From positions 8,990,001 to 9,054,000 of the forward strand of contig OZ024742.1 in the NCBI GenBank assembly GCA_964016885.1: 64,000 nt of DNA, read 5' to 3'. Positions 15,020 to 32,230 of the stretch are shown piece after piece. Source of the DNA: Eledone cirrhosa. Taxonomy: Eukaryota. Position 1 is the first letter of the stretch, and every line of letters starts with the position of its first letter. Under the pieces are notes generated by a model, which had not been told where the DNA came from, did not search any database, and saw nothing but the letters and a program-made list of their open reading frames with translations. Position numbers and translations under genes: made by a program.

Positions 15020-18000
15020 CACAGTATTGGCTACAGTATCACATGTATATAGAGACAGACAACACAGTATTGGCTAGAGTATCACATACATATAGAGAGA
15101 GACATCACAGTATTGGTTACAGTATCACATATATATTGAGACAGACAACACAGTATTGGCTAGAGTATCACATACATATAGAGACAGACATCACAGTATT
15201 GGCTACAGTATCACATATATATAGAGACAGACAACACAGTATTGGCTACAGTATCACATATATATAGAGACAGACAACACAGTATTGGCTAGAGTATCAC
15301 ATATATATAGAGACAGACAACACAGTATTGGCTACAGTATCACATATATATAGAGACAGACAACACAGTATTGGCTACAGTATCACATATATATAGAGAC
15401 AGACAACACAGTATTGGCTACTGTATCAAATATATATAGAGACAGACAACACAGTATTGGCTACAGTATCACATATATATAGAGACAGACAACACAGTAT
15501 TGGCTACACTATCACATATATATAGAGACAGACAACAGAGTATTGGCTACAGTATCACATATATATAGAGACAGACAACACAGTATTTGCTACAGTATCT
15601 CATATATATATAGAGACAGACAACACAGTATTGGCTAGAGTATAACATATATATAGAGCCAGACAACACAGTATTGGCTAGAGTATAACATATATATAGA
15701 GCCAGACAACACAGTATTGGCTAGAGTATAACATATATATAGAGACAGACAACACAGTATTGGCTAGAGTATAACATATATATAGAGCCAGACAACACAG
15801 TATTGGCTACAGTATCACATATATATAGAGACAGACAACACAGTATTGGCTAGAGTATAACATATATATAGAGACAGACAACACAGTATTGGATAGAGTA
15901 TAACATATATATAGAGACAGACAACACAGTATTGGCTAGATTATAACATATATATAGCGACAGACATCACAGTATTGGCTAGAGTATCACATATATATAG
16001 AGACAGACAACACAGTATTGGCTACATTATCACATATATATAGAGACAGACAACACAGTATTGGCTAGAGTATCACATATATATAGAGCCAGACAACACA
16101 GTATTGGCTAGAGTATCACATATATATAGAGACAGACAACACAGTATTGGCTAGAGTATAACATATATATAGAGACAGACAACACAGTATTGGCTACAGT
16201 ATCAAATATATATAGAGACAGACAACACAGTATTGGCTAGAGTATCACACATATATATAGAGACAGACAACACAGTATTTGCTACAGTATCTCATATATA
16301 TATAGAGACAGACAACACAGTATTGGCTAGAGTATAACATATATATAGAGCCAGACAACACAGTATTGGCTAGAGTATAACATATATATAGAGCCAGACA
16401 ACACAGTATTGGCTAGAGTATAACATATATATAGAGACAGACAACACAGTATTGGCTAGAGTATAACATATATATAGAGCCAGACAACACAGTATTGGCT
16501 ACAGTATCACATATATATAGAGACAGACAACACAGTATTGGCTAGAGTATAACATATATATAGAGACAGACAACACAGTATTGGATAGAGTATAACATAT
16601 ATATAGAGACAGACAACACAGTATTGGCTAGATTATAACATATATATAGCGACAGACATCACAGTATTGGCTACAGTATCACATATATATAGAGACAGAC
16701 AACACAGTATTGGCTACATTATCACATATATATAGAGACAGACAACACAGTATTGGCTAGAGTATCACATATATATAGAGCCAGACAACACAGTATTGGC
16801 TAGAGTATCACATATATATAGAGACAGACAACACAGTATTGGCTAGAGTATAACATATATATAGAGACAGACAACACAGTATTGGCTACAGTATCACATA
16901 TATATAGAGACAGACAACACAGTATTGGCTAGAGTATCACATATATATAGAGCCAGACAACACAGTATTGGCTAAAGTATCACATATATATAGAGCCAGA
17001 CAACACAGTATTGGCTAGAGTATCACATATATATAGAGGCAGACAACACAGTATTGGCTAGAGTATAACATATATATAGAGACAGACAACACAGTATTGG
17101 CTACAGTATCACATATATATAGAGACAGACAACACAGTATTGGCTAGAGTATAACATATATATAGAGACAGACAACACAGTATTGGCTACAGTATCACAT
17201 ATATATAGAGACAGACAACACAGTATTGGCTACAGTATCACATATATATAGAGCCAGACAACACAGTATTGGCTAGAGTATCACATATATATAGAGACAG
17301 ACAACACAGTATTGGCTACAGTATCACATATATATAGAGACAGACAACACAGTATTGGCTACAGTATCACATATATATTGAGACAGACAACACAGTATTG
17401 GCTACAGTATCACAAGTATATAGAGACAGACAACACAGTATTGGCTACAGTATCACATATATATAGAGACAGACAACACAGTATTGGCTACAGTATCACA
17501 TGTATATAGAGACAGACAACACAGTATTGGCTAGAGTATCACATACATATAGAGAGAGACATCACAGTATTGGTTACAGTATCACATATATATTGAGACA
17601 GACAACACAGTATTGGCTAGAGTATCACATACATATAGAGACAGACATCACAGTATTGGCTACAGTATCACATATATATAGAGACAGACAACACAGTATT
17701 GGCTACAGTATCACATATATATAGAGACAGACAACACAGTATTGGCTAGAGTATCACATATATATAGAGACAGACAACACAGTATTGGCTACAGTATCAC
17801 ATATATATAGAGACAGACAACACAGTATTGGCTACAGTATCACATATATATAGAGACAGACAACACAGTATTGGCTACTGTATCAAATATATATAGAGAC
17901 AGACAACACAGTATTGGCTACAGTATCACATATATATAGAGACAGACAACACAGTATTGGCTACACTATCACATATATATAGAGACAGACAACAGAGTAT

Positions 18001-19840
18001 TGGCTACAGTATCACATATATATAGAGACAGACAACACAGTATTTGCTACAGTATCTCATATATATATAGAGACAGACAACACAGTATTGGCTAGAGTAT
18101 AACATATATATAGAGCCAGACAACACAGTATTGGCTAGAGTATAACATATATATAGAGCCAGACAACACAGTATTGGCTAGAGTATAACATATATATAGA
18201 GACATACAACACAGTATTGGCTAGAGTATAACATATATATAGAGCCAGACAACACAGTATTGGCTACAGTATCACATATATATAGAGACAGACAACACAG
18301 TATTGGCTAGAGTATAACATATATATAGAGACAGACAACACAGTATTGGATAGAGTATAACATATATATAGAGACAGACAACACAGTATTGGCTAGATTA
18401 TAACATATATATAGCGACAGACATCACAGTATTGGCTAGAGTATCACATATATATAGAGACAGACAACACAGTATTGGCTACATTATCACATATATATAG
18501 AGACAGACAACACAGTATTGGCTAGAGTATCACATATATATAGAGCCAGACAACACAGTATTGGCTAGAGTATCACATATATATAGAGACAGACAACACA
18601 GTATTGGCTAGAGTATAACATATATATAGAGACAGACAACACAGTATTGGCTACAGTATCACATATATATAGAGACAGACAACACAGTATTGGCTAGAGT
18701 ATCACATATATATAGAGACAGACAACACAGTATTTGCTACAGTATCTCATATATATATAGAGACAGACAACACAGTATTGGCTAGAGTATAACATATATA
18801 TAGAGCCAGACAACACAGTATTGGCTAGAGTATAACATATATATAGAGCCAGACAACACAGTATTGGCTAGAGTATAACATATATATAGAGACAGACAAC
18901 ACAGTATTGGCTAGAGTATAACATATATATAGAGCCAGACAACACAGTATTGGCTACAGTATCACATATATATAGAGACAGACAACACAGTATTGGCTAG
19001 AGTATAACATATATATAGAGACAGACAACACAGTATTGGATAGAGTATAACATATATATAGAGACAGACAACACAGTATTGGCTAGATTATAACATATAT
19101 ATAGCGACAGACATCACAGTATTGGCTACAGTATCACATATATATAGAGACAGACAACACAGTATTGGCTACATTATCACATATATATAGAGACAGACAA
19201 CACAGTATTGGCTAGAGTATCACATATATATAGAGCCAGACAACACAGTATTGGCTAGAGTATCACATATATATAGAGACAGACAACACAGTATTGGCTA
19301 GAGTATAACATATATATAGAGACAGACAACACAGTATTGGCTACAGTATCACATATATATAGAGACAGACAACACAGTATTGGCTAGAGTATCACATATA
19401 TATAGAGCCAGACAACACAGTATTGGCTAAAGTATCACATATATATAGAGCCAGACAACACAGTATTGGCTAGAGTATCACATATATATAGAGGCAGACA
19501 ACACAGTATTGGCTAGAGTATAACATATATATAGAGACAGACAACACAGTATTGGCTACAGTATCACATATATATAGAGACAGACAACACAGTATTGGCT
19601 AGAGTATAACATATATATAGAGACAGACAACACAGTATTGGCTACAGTATCACATATATATAGAGACAGACAACACAGTATTGGCTACAGTATCACATAT
19701 ATATTGAGACAGACAACACAGTATTGGCTACAGTATCACAAGTATATAGAGACAGACAACACAGTATTGGCTACAGTATCACATATATATAGAGACAGAC
19801 AACACAGTATTGGCTACAGTATCACATATATATAGAGACA
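15020..19840. repeat. 57-monomer (about 2457 bp) duplication, each copy containing an internal 16-monomer (about 690 bp) duplication
   Basis: ORFs 15043/17500 are offset 2457 (57x43+6). The GGATAG marker lies at 15891, 16583, 18348 and 19038, giving internal offsets of 692 and 690. Confidence 0.9.
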
Positions 19841-22800
19841 GACAACACAGTATTGGCTACAGTATCACATATATATAGAGACAGACAACACAGTATTGGC
19901 TACAGTATCTCATATATATTGAGACAGACAACACAGTATTGGCTACAGTATCACATACATATAGAGACAGACAACACAGTATTGGCTACAGTATCACATA
20001 CATATAGAGACAGACAACACAGTATTGGCTAGAGTATCACATATATATAGAGACAGACAACACAGTATTGGCTAGAGTATCACATACATATAGAGAGAGA
20101 CATCACAGTATTGGTTACAGTATCACATATATATTGAGACAGACAACACAGTATTGGCTAGAGTATCACATACATATAGAGACATACATCACAGTATTGG
20201 CTACAGTATCACATATATATAGAGACAGACAACACAGTATTGGCTACAGTATGACATATATATAGAGACAGACAACACTGTATTGGCTACAGTATCACAT
20301 ATATATAGAGACAGACAACACAGTATTGGCTAGAGTATCACATATATATAGAGACAGACAACACAGTATTGGCTACACTATCACATATATATAGAGAGTG
20401 ACAACAGAGTATTGGCTACAGTATCACATATATATAGAGACAGACAACACAGTATTGGCTAGAGTATCACATATATATAGAGACAGACAACACAGTATTT
20501 GCTACAGTATCTCATATATATAGAGAGACAGACAACACAGTGTTGGCTAGAGTATAACATATATATAGAGCCAGACAACACAGTATTGGCTAGAGTATAA
20601 CATATATATAGAGACAGACAACACAGTATTGGCTAGAGTATAACATATATATAGAGCCAGACAACACAGTATTGGCTACAGTATCACATATATATAGAGA
20701 CAGACAACAGAGTATTGGCTAGAGTATAACATATATATAGAGACAGACAACACAGTATTGGATAGAGTATAACATATATATAGAGACAGACAACACAGTA
20801 TTGGCTAGATTATAACATATATATAGCGACAGACATCACAGTATTGGCTACAGTATCACATATATATAGAGACAGACAACACAGTATTGGCTACATTATC
20901 ACATATATATAGAGACAGACAACACAGTATTGGCTAGAGTATCACATATATATAGAGCCAGACAACACAGTATTGGCTAGAGTATCACATATATATAGAG
21001 ACAGACAACACAGTATTGGCTAGAGTATCACATATATATAGAGACAGACAACACAGTATTGGCTACAGTATCACATATATATAGAGACAGACAACACAGT
21101 ATTGGCTAGAGTATCACATATATATAGAGCCAGACAACACAGTATTGGCTAAAGTATCACATATATATAGAGCCAGACAACACAGTATTGGCTAGAGTAT
21201 CACATATATATAGAGACAGACAACACAGTATTGGCTAGAGTATAACATATATATAGAGACAGACAACACAGTATTGGCTACAGTATCACATATATATAGA
21301 GACAGACAACACAGTATTGGCTAGAGTATAACATATATATAGAGACAGACAACACAGTATTGGCTACAGTATCACATATATATAGAGACAGACAACACAG
21401 TATTGGCTACAGTATCACATATATATAGAGCCAGACAACACAGTATTGGCTAGAGTATCACATATATATAGAGACAGACAACACAGTATTGGCTACAGTA
21501 TCACATATATATAGAGACAGACAACACAGTATTGGCTACAGTATCACATATATATAGAGACAGACAACACAGTATTGGCTACAGTATCACATATATATAG
21601 AGACAGACAACACAGTATTGGCTACAGTATCTCATATATATAGAGACAGACAACACAGTATTGGCTACAGTATCACATATATATAGAGACAGACAACACA
21701 GTATTGGCTACAGTATCTCATATATATTGAGACAGACAACACAGTATTGGCTACAGTATCACATATATATAGAGACAGACAACACAGTATTGGCTACAGT
21801 ATCACATACATATAGAGACAGACAACACAGTATTGGCTAGAGTATCACATATATATAGAGACAGACAACACAGTATTGGCTAGAGTATCACATACATATA
21901 GAGAGAGACATCACAGTATTGGTTACAGTATCACATATATATTGAGACAGACAACACAGTATTGGCTAGAGTATCACATACATATAGAGACATACATCAC
22001 AGTATTGGCTACAGTATCACATATATATAGAGACAGACAACACAGTATTGGCTACAGTATGACATATATATAGAGACAGACAACACTGTATTGGCTACAG
22101 CATCACATATATATAGAGACAGACAACACAGTATTGGCTAGAGTATCACATATATATAGAGACAGACAACACAGTATTGGCTACACTATCACATATATAT
22201 AGAGAGTGACAACAGAGTATTGGCTACAGTATCACATATATATAGAGACAGACAACACAGTATTGGCTAGAGTATCACATATATATAGAGACAGACAACA
22301 CAGTATTTGCTACAGTATCTCATATATATATAGAGACAGACAACACAGTATTGGCTAGAGTATCACATATATATAGAGACAGACAACAGAGTATTGGCTA
22401 CAGTATCTCCTATATATAGAGACAGACAACACAGTATTGGCTAGAGTATAACATATATATAGAGCCAGACAACACAGTATTGGCTAGATTATAACATATA
22501 TATAGAGCCAGACAACACAGTATTGGCTAGAGTATAACATATATATAGAGCCAGACAACACAGTATTGGCTACAGTATCACATATATATAGAGACAGACA
22601 ACACAGTATTGGCTACAGTATCACATATATATAGAGACAGACAACACAGTATTGGCTACAGTATAACATATATATAGAGACAGACAACACAGTATTGGCT
22701 ACAGTATCTCATATATATAGAGACAGACAACACAGTATTGGCTACAGTATCACATATAGATAGAGACAGACAACACAGTATTGGCTAGAGTATCACATAT

Positions 22801-25235
22801 ATATAGAGACAGACAACACAGTATTGGCTACAGTATCACATATATATAGAGACAGACAACTCAGTATTGGCTACAGTATCACATATATATAGAGACAGAC
22901 AACACAGTATTGGCTACAGTATCTCATATATATAGAGACAGACAACACAGTATTGGCTAGAGTATCACATATATATAGAGACAGACAACACAGTATTGGC
23001 TAGAGTATCACATATATATAGAGGCAGACAACACAGTATTGGCTAGAGTATAACATATATATAGAGACAGACAACACAGTATTGGCTACAGTATCACATA
23101 TATATAGAGACAGACAACACAGTATTGGCTAGAGTATAACATATATATAGAGACAGACAACACAGTATTGGCTACAGTATCACATATATATAGAGACAGA
23201 CAACACAGTATTGGCTACAGTATCACATATATATAGAGCCAGACAACACAGTATTGGCTACAGTATCACATATATATAGAGACAGACAACACAGTATTGG
23301 CTACAGTATCACATATATATAGAGACAGACAACACAGTATTGGCTACTGTATCAAATATATATAGAGACAGACAACACAGTATTGGCTACAGTATCACAT
23401 ATATATAGAGACAGACAACACAGTATTGGCTACACTATCACATATATATAGAGACAGACAACAGAGTATTGGCTACAGTATCACATATATATAGAGACAG
23501 ACAACACAGTATTTGCTACAGTATCTCATATATATATAGAGACAGACAACACAGTATTGGCTAGAGTATAACATATATATAGAGCCAGACAACACAGTAT
23601 TGGCTAGAGTATAACATATATATAGAGCCAGACAACACAGTATTGGCTAGAGTATAACATATATATAGAGACAGACAACACAGTATTGGCTAGAGTATAA
23701 CATATATATAGAGCCAGACAACACAGTATTGGCTACAGTATCACATATATATAGAGACAGACAACACAGTATTGGCTAGAGTATAACATATATATAGAGA
23801 CAGACAACACAGTATTGGATAGAGTATAACATATATATAGAGACAGACAACACAGTATTGGCTAGATTATAACATATATATAGCGACAGACATCACAGTA
23901 TTGGCTAGAGTATCACATATATATAGAGACAGACAACACAGTATTGGCTACATTATCACATATATATAGAGACAGACAACACAGTATCGGCTAGAGTATC
24001 ACATATATATAGAGCCAGACAACACAGTATTGGCTAGAGTATCACATATATATAGAGACAGACAACACAGTATTGGCTAGAGTATAACATATATATAGAG
24101 ACAGACAACACAGTATTGGCTACAGTATCACATATATATAGAGACAGACAACACAGTATTGGCTAGAGTATCACATATATATAGAGACAGACAACACAGT
24201 ATTTGCTACAGTATCTCATATATATATAGAGACAGACAACACAGTATTGGCTAGAGTATAACATATATATAGAGCCAGACAACACAGTATTGGCTAGAGT
24301 ATAACATATATATAGAGCCAGACAACACAGTATTGGCTAGAGTATAACATATATATAGAGACAGACAACACAGTATTGGCTAGAGTATAACATATATATA
24401 GAGCCAGACAACACAGTATTGGCTACAGTATCACATATATATAGAGACAGACAACACAGTATTGGCTAGAGTATAACATATATATAGAGACAGACAACAC
24501 AGTATTGGATAGAGTATAACATATATATAGAGACAGACAACACAGTATTGGCTAGATTATAACATATATATAGCGACAGACATCACAGTATTGGCTACAG
24601 TATCACATATATATAGAGACAGACAACACAGTATTGGCTACATTATCACATATATATAGAGACAGACAACACAGTATTGGCTAGAGTATCACATATATAT
24701 AGAGCCAGACAACACAGTATTGGCTAGAGTATCACATATATATAGAGACAGACAACAAAGTATTGGCTAGAGTATAACATATATATAGAGACAGACAACA
24801 CAGTATTGGCTACAGTATCACATATATATAGAGACAGACAACACAGTATTGGCTAGAGTATCACATATATATAGAGCCAGACAACACAGTATTGGCTAAA
24901 GTATCACATATATATAGAGCCAGACAACACAGTATTGGCTAGAGTATCACATATATATAGAGGCAGACAACACAGTATTGGCTAGAGTATAACATATATA
25001 TAGAGACAGACAACACAGTATTGGCTACAGTATCACATATATATAGAGACAGACAACACAGTATTGGCTAGAGTATAACATATATATAGAGACAGACAAC
25101 ACAGTATTGGCTACAGTATCACATATATATAGAGACAGACAACACAGTATTGGCTACAGTATCACATATATATAGAGCCAGACAACACAGTATTGGCTAG
25201 AGTATCACATATATATAGAGACAGACAACACAGTA

Positions 25236-28200
25236 TTGGCTACAGTATCACATATATATAGAGACAGACAACACAGTATTGGCTACAGTATCACATATAT
25301 ATTGAGACAGACAACACAGTATTGGCTACAGTATCACAAGTATATAGAGACAGACAACACAGTATTGGCTACAGTATCACATATATATAGAGACAGACAA
25401 CACAGTATTGGCTACAGTATCACATATATATAGAGACAGACAACACAGTATTGGCTACAGTATCACATATATATAGAGACAGACAACACAGTATTGGCTA
25501 CAGTATCTCATATATATTGAGACAGACAACACAGTATTGGCTACAGTATCACATATATATAGAGACAGACAACACAGTATTGGCTACAGTATCACATACA
25601 TATAGAGACAGACAACACAGTATTGGCTAGAGTATCACATATATATAGAGACAGACAACACAGTATTGGCTAGAGTATCACATACATATAGAGAGAGACA
25701 TCACAGTATTGGTTACAGTATCACATATATATTGAGACAGACAACACAGTATTGGCTAGAGTATCACATACATATAGAGACATACATCACAGTATTGGCT
25801 ACAGTATCACATATATATAGAGACAGACAACACAGTATTGGCTACAGTATGACATATATATAGAGACAGACAACACTGTATTGGCTACAGTATCACATAT
25901 ATATAGAGACAGACAACACAGTATTGGCTAGAGTATCACATATATATAGAGACAGACAACACAGTATTGGCTACACTATCACATATATATAGAGAGTGAC
26001 AACAGAGTATTGGCTACAGTATCACATATATATAGAGACAGACAACACAGTATTGGCTAGAGTATCACATATATATAGAGACAGACAACACAGTATTTGC
26101 TACAGTATCTCATATATATATAGAGACAGACAACACAGTGTTGGCTAGAGTATAACATATATATAGAGCCAGACAACACAGTATTGGCTAGAGTATAACA
26201 TATATATAGAGACAGACAACACAGTATTGGCTAGAGTATAACATATATATAGAGCCAGACAACACAGTATTGGCTACAGTATCACATATATATAGAGACA
26301 GACAACAGAGTATTGGCTAGAGTATAACATATATATAGAGACAGACAACACAGTATTGGATAGAGTATAACATATATATAGAGACAGACAACACAGTATT
26401 GGCTAGATTATAACATATATATAGCGACAGACATCACAGTATTGGCTACAGTATCACATATATATAGAGACAGACAACACAGTATTGGCTACATTATCAC
26501 ATATATATAGAGACAGACAACACAGTATTGGCTAGAGTATCACATATATATAGAGCCAGACAACACAGTATTGGCTAGAGTATCACATATATATAGAGAC
26601 AGACAACACAGTATTGGCTAGAGTATCACATATATATAGAGACAGACAACACAGTATTGGCTACAGTATCACATATATATAGAGACAGACAACACAGTAT
26701 TGGCTAGAGTATCACATATATATAGAGCCAGACAACACAGTATTGGCTAAAGTATCACATATATATAGAGCCAGACAACACAGTATTGGCTAGAGTATCA
26801 CATATATATAGAGACAGACAACACAGTATTGGCTAGAGTATAACATATATATAGAGACAGACAACACAGTATTGGCTACAGTATCACATATATATAGAGA
26901 CAGACAACACAGTATTGGCTAGAGTATAACATATATATAGAGACAGACAACACAGTATTGGCTACAGTATCACATATATATAGAGACAGACAACACAGTA
27001 TTGGCTACAGTATCACATAAATATAGAGCCAGACAACACAGTATTGGCTAGAGTATCACATATATATAGAGACAGACAACACAGTATTGGCTACAGTATC
27101 ACATATATATAGAGACAGACAACACAGTATTGGCTACAGTATCACATATATATAGAGACAGACAACACAGTATTGGCTACAGTATCACATATATATAGAG
27201 ACAGACAACACAGTATTGGCTACAGTATCACATATATATAGAGACAGACAACACAGTATTGGCTACAGTATCACATATATATAGAGACAGACAACACAGT
27301 ATTGGCTACAGTATCTCATATATATTGAGACAGACAACACAGTATTGGCTACAGTATCACATATATATAGAGACAGACAACACAGTATTGGCTACAGTAT
27401 CACATACATATAGAGACAGACAACACAGTATTGGCTAGAGTATCACATATATATAGAGACAGACAACACAGTATTGGCTAGAGTATCACATACATATAGA
27501 GAGAGACATCACAGTATTGGTTACAGTATCACATATATATTGAGACAGACAACACAGTATTGGCTAGAGTATCACATACATATAGAGACATACATCACAG
27601 TATTGGCTACAGTATCACATATATATAGAGACAGACAACACAGTATTGGCTACAGTATGACATATATATAGAGACAGACAACACTGTATTGGCTACAGTA
27701 TCACATATATATAGAGACAGACAACACAGTATTGGCTAGAGTATCACATATATATAGAGACAGACAACACAGTATTGGCTACACTATCACATATATATAG
27801 AGAGTGACAACAGAGTATTGGCTACAGTATCACATATATATAGAGACAGACAACACAGTATTGGCTAGAGTATCACATATATATAGAGACAGACAACACA
27901 GTATTTGCTACAGTATCTCATATATATATAGAGACAGACAACACAGTATTGGCTAGAGTATCACATATATATAGAGACAGACAACACAGTATTGGCTACA
28001 GTATCTCCTATATATAGAGACAGACAACACAGTATTGGCTAGAGTATAACATATATATAGAGCCAGACAACACAGTATTGGCTAGATTATAACATATATA
28101 TAGAGCCAGACAACACAGTATTGGCTAGAGTATAACATATATATAGAGCCAGACAACACAGTATTGGCTACAGTATCACATATATATAGAGACAGACAAC

Positions 28201-31200
28201 ACAGTATTGGCTACAGTATCACATATATATAGAGACAGACAACACAGTATTGGCTACAGTATAACATATATATAGAGACAGACAACACAGTATTGGCTAC
28301 AGTATCTCATATATATAGAGACAGACAACACAGTATTGGCTACAGTATCACATATAGATAGAGACAGACAACACAGTATTGGCTAGAGTATCACATATAT
28401 ATAGAGACAGACAACACAGTATTGGCTACAGTATCACATATATATAGAGACAGACAACTCAGTATTGGCTACAGTATCACATATATATAGAGACAGACAA
28501 CACAGTATTGGCTACAGTATCTCATATATATAGAGACAGACAACACAGTATTGGCTAGAGTATCACATATATATAGAGACAGACAACACAGTATTGGCTA
28601 GAGTATCACATATATATAGAGGCAGACAACACAGTATTGGCTAGAGTATAACATATATATAGAGACAGACAACACAGTATTGGCTACAGTATCACATATA
28701 TATAGAGACAGACAACACAGTATTGGCTAGAGTATAACATATATATAGAGACAGACAACACAGTATTGGCTACAGTATCACATATATATAGAGACAGACA
28801 ACACAGTATTGGCTACAGTATCACATATATATAGAGCCAGACAACACAGTATTGGCTAGAGTATCACATATATATAGAGACAGACAACACAGTATTGGCT
28901 ACAGTATCACATATATATAGAGACAGACAACACAGTATTGGCTACAGTATCACATATATATTGAGACAGACAACACAGTATTGGCTACAGTATCACAAGT
29001 ATATAGAGACAGACAACACAGTATTGGCTACAGTATCACATATATATAGAGACAGACAACACAGTATTGGCTACAGTATCACATATATATAGAGACAGAC
29101 AACACAGTATTGGCTACAGTATCACATATATATAGAGACAGACAACACAGTATTGGCTACAGTATCTCATATATATTGAGACAGACAACACAGTATTGGC
29201 TACAGTATCACATATATATAGAGACAGACAACACAGTATTGGCTACAGTATCACATACATATAGAGACAGACAACACAGTATTGGCTAGAGTATCACATA
29301 TATATAGAGACAGACAACACAGTATTGGCTAGAGTATCACATACATATAGAGAGAGACATCACAGTATTGGTTACAGTATCACATATATATTGAGACAGA
29401 CAACACAGTATTGGCTAGAGTATCACATACATATAGAGACATACATCACAGTATTGGCTACAGTATCACATATATATAGAGACAGACAACACAGTATTGG
29501 CTACAGTATGACATATATATAGAGACAGACAACACTGTATTGGCTACAGTATCACATATATATAGAGACAGACAACACAGTATTGGCTAGAGTATCACAT
29601 ATATATAGAGACAGACAACACAGTATTGGCTACACTATCACATATATATAGAGAGTGACAACAGAGTATTGGCTACAGTATCACATATATATAGAGACAG
29701 ACAACACAGTATTGGCTAGAGTATCACATATATATAGAGACAGACAACACAGTATTTGCTACAGTATCTCATATATATATAGAGACAGACAACACAGTGT
29801 TGGCTAGAGTATAACATATATATAGAGCCAGACAACACAGTATTGGCTAGAGTATAACATATATATAGAGACAGACAACACAGTATTGGCTAGAGTATAA
29901 CATATATATAGAGCCAGACAACACAGTATTGGCTACAGTATCACATATATATAGAGACAGACAACAGAGTATTGGCTAGAGTATAACATATATATAGAGA
30001 CAGACAACACAGTATTGGATAGAGTATAACATATATATAGAGACAGACAACACAGTATTGGCTAGATTATAACATATATATAGCGACAGACATCACAGTA
30101 TTGGCTACAGTATCACATATATATAGAGACAGACAACACAGTATTGGCTACATTATCACATATATATAGAGACAGACAACACAGTATTGGCTAGAGTATC
30201 ACATATATATAGAGCCAGACAACACAGTATTGGCTAGAGTATCACATATATATAGAGACAGACAACACAGTATTGGCTAGAGTATCACATATATATAGAG
30301 ACAGACAACACAGTATTGGCTACAGTATCACATATATATAGAGACAGACAACACAGTATTGGCTAGAGTATCACATATATATAGAGCCAGACAACACAGT
30401 ATTGGCTAAAGTATCACATATATATAGAGCCAGACAACACAGTATTGGCTAGAGTATCACATATATATAGAGACAGACAACACAGTATTGGCTAGAGTAT
30501 AACATATATATAGAGACAGACAACACAGTATTGGCTACAGTATCACATATATATAGAGACAGACAACACAGTATTGGCTAGAGTATAACTTATATATAGA
30601 GACAGACAACACAGTATTGGCTACAGTATCACATATATATAGAGACAGACAACACAGTATTGGCTACAGTATCACATATATATAGAGCCAGACAACACAT
30701 TATTGGCTAGAGTATCACATATATATAGAGACAGACAACACAGTATTGGCTACAGTATCACATATATATAGAGACAGACAACACAGTATTGGCTACAGTA
30801 TCACATATATATAGAGACAGACAACACAGTATTGGCTACAGTATCACATATATATAGAGACAGACAACACAGTATTGGCTACAGTATCACATATATATAG
30901 AGACAGACAACACAGTATTGGCTACAGTATCACATATATATAGAGACAGACAACACAGTATTGGCTACAGTATCTCATATATATTGAGACAGACAACACA
31001 GTATTGGCTACAGTATCACATATATATAGAGACAGACAACACAGTATTGGCTACAGTATCACATACATATAGAGACAGACAACACAGTATTGGCTAGAGT
31101 ATCACATATATATAGAGACAGACAACACAGTATTGGCTAGAGTATCACATACATATAGAGAGAGACATCACAGTATTGGTTACAGTATCACATATATATT

Positions 31201-32230
31201 GAGACAGACAACACAGTATTGGCTAGAGTATCACATACATATAGAGACATACATCACAGTATTGGCTACAGTATCACATATATATAGAGACAGACAACAC
31301 AGTATTGGCTACAGTATGACATATATATAGAGACAGACAACACTGTATTGGCTACAGTATCACATATATATAGAGACAGACAACACAGTATTGGCTAGAG
31401 TATCACATATATATAGAGACAGACAACACAGTATTGGCTACACTATCACATATATATAGAGAGTGACAACAGAGTATTGGCTACAGTATCACATATATAT
31501 AGAGACAGACAACACAGTATTGGCTAGAGTATCACATATATATAGAGACAGACAACACAGTATTTGCTACAGTATCTCATATATATATAGAGACAGACAA
31601 CACAGTATTGGCTAGAGTATCACATATATATAGAGACAGACAACACAGTATTGGCTACAGTATCTCCTATATATAGAGACAGACAACACAGTATTGGCTA
31701 GAGTATAACATATATATAGAGCCAGACAACACAGTATTGGCTAGATTATAACATATATATAGAGCCAGACAACACAGTATTGGCTAGAGTATAACATATA
31801 TATAGAGCCAGACAACACAGTATTGGCTACAGTATCACATATATATAGAGACAGACAACACAGTATTGGCTACAGTATCACATATATATAGAGACAGACA
31901 ACACAGTATTGGCTACAGTATAACATATATATAGAGACAGACAACACAGTATTGGCTACAGTATCTCATATATATAGAGACAGACAACACAGTATTGGCT
32001 ACAGTATCACATATAGATAGAGAGAGACAACACAGTATTGGCTAGAGTATCACATATATATAGAGACAGACAACACAGTATTGGCTACAGTATCACATAT
32101 ATATAGAGACAGACAACTCAGTATTGGCTACAGTATCACATATATATAGAGACAGACAACACAGTATTGGCTACAGTATCTCATATATATAGAGACAGAC
32201 AACACAGTATTGGCTAGAGTATCACATATA
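25236..32230. repeat. 85-monomer (3659 bp) higher-order repeat made of alternating 42-monomer (1808 bp) and 43-monomer (1851 bp) subunits; an earlier related copy lies at about 19640-23250
   Basis: Landmark ORFs at 25666, 27474, 29325 and 31133 have spacings 1808, 1851 and 1808. ORFs 25236/28895 are offset 3659. ORFs 19638/25236, 20068/25666 and 21876/27474 are all offset 5598 (130x43+8). Confidence 0.92.
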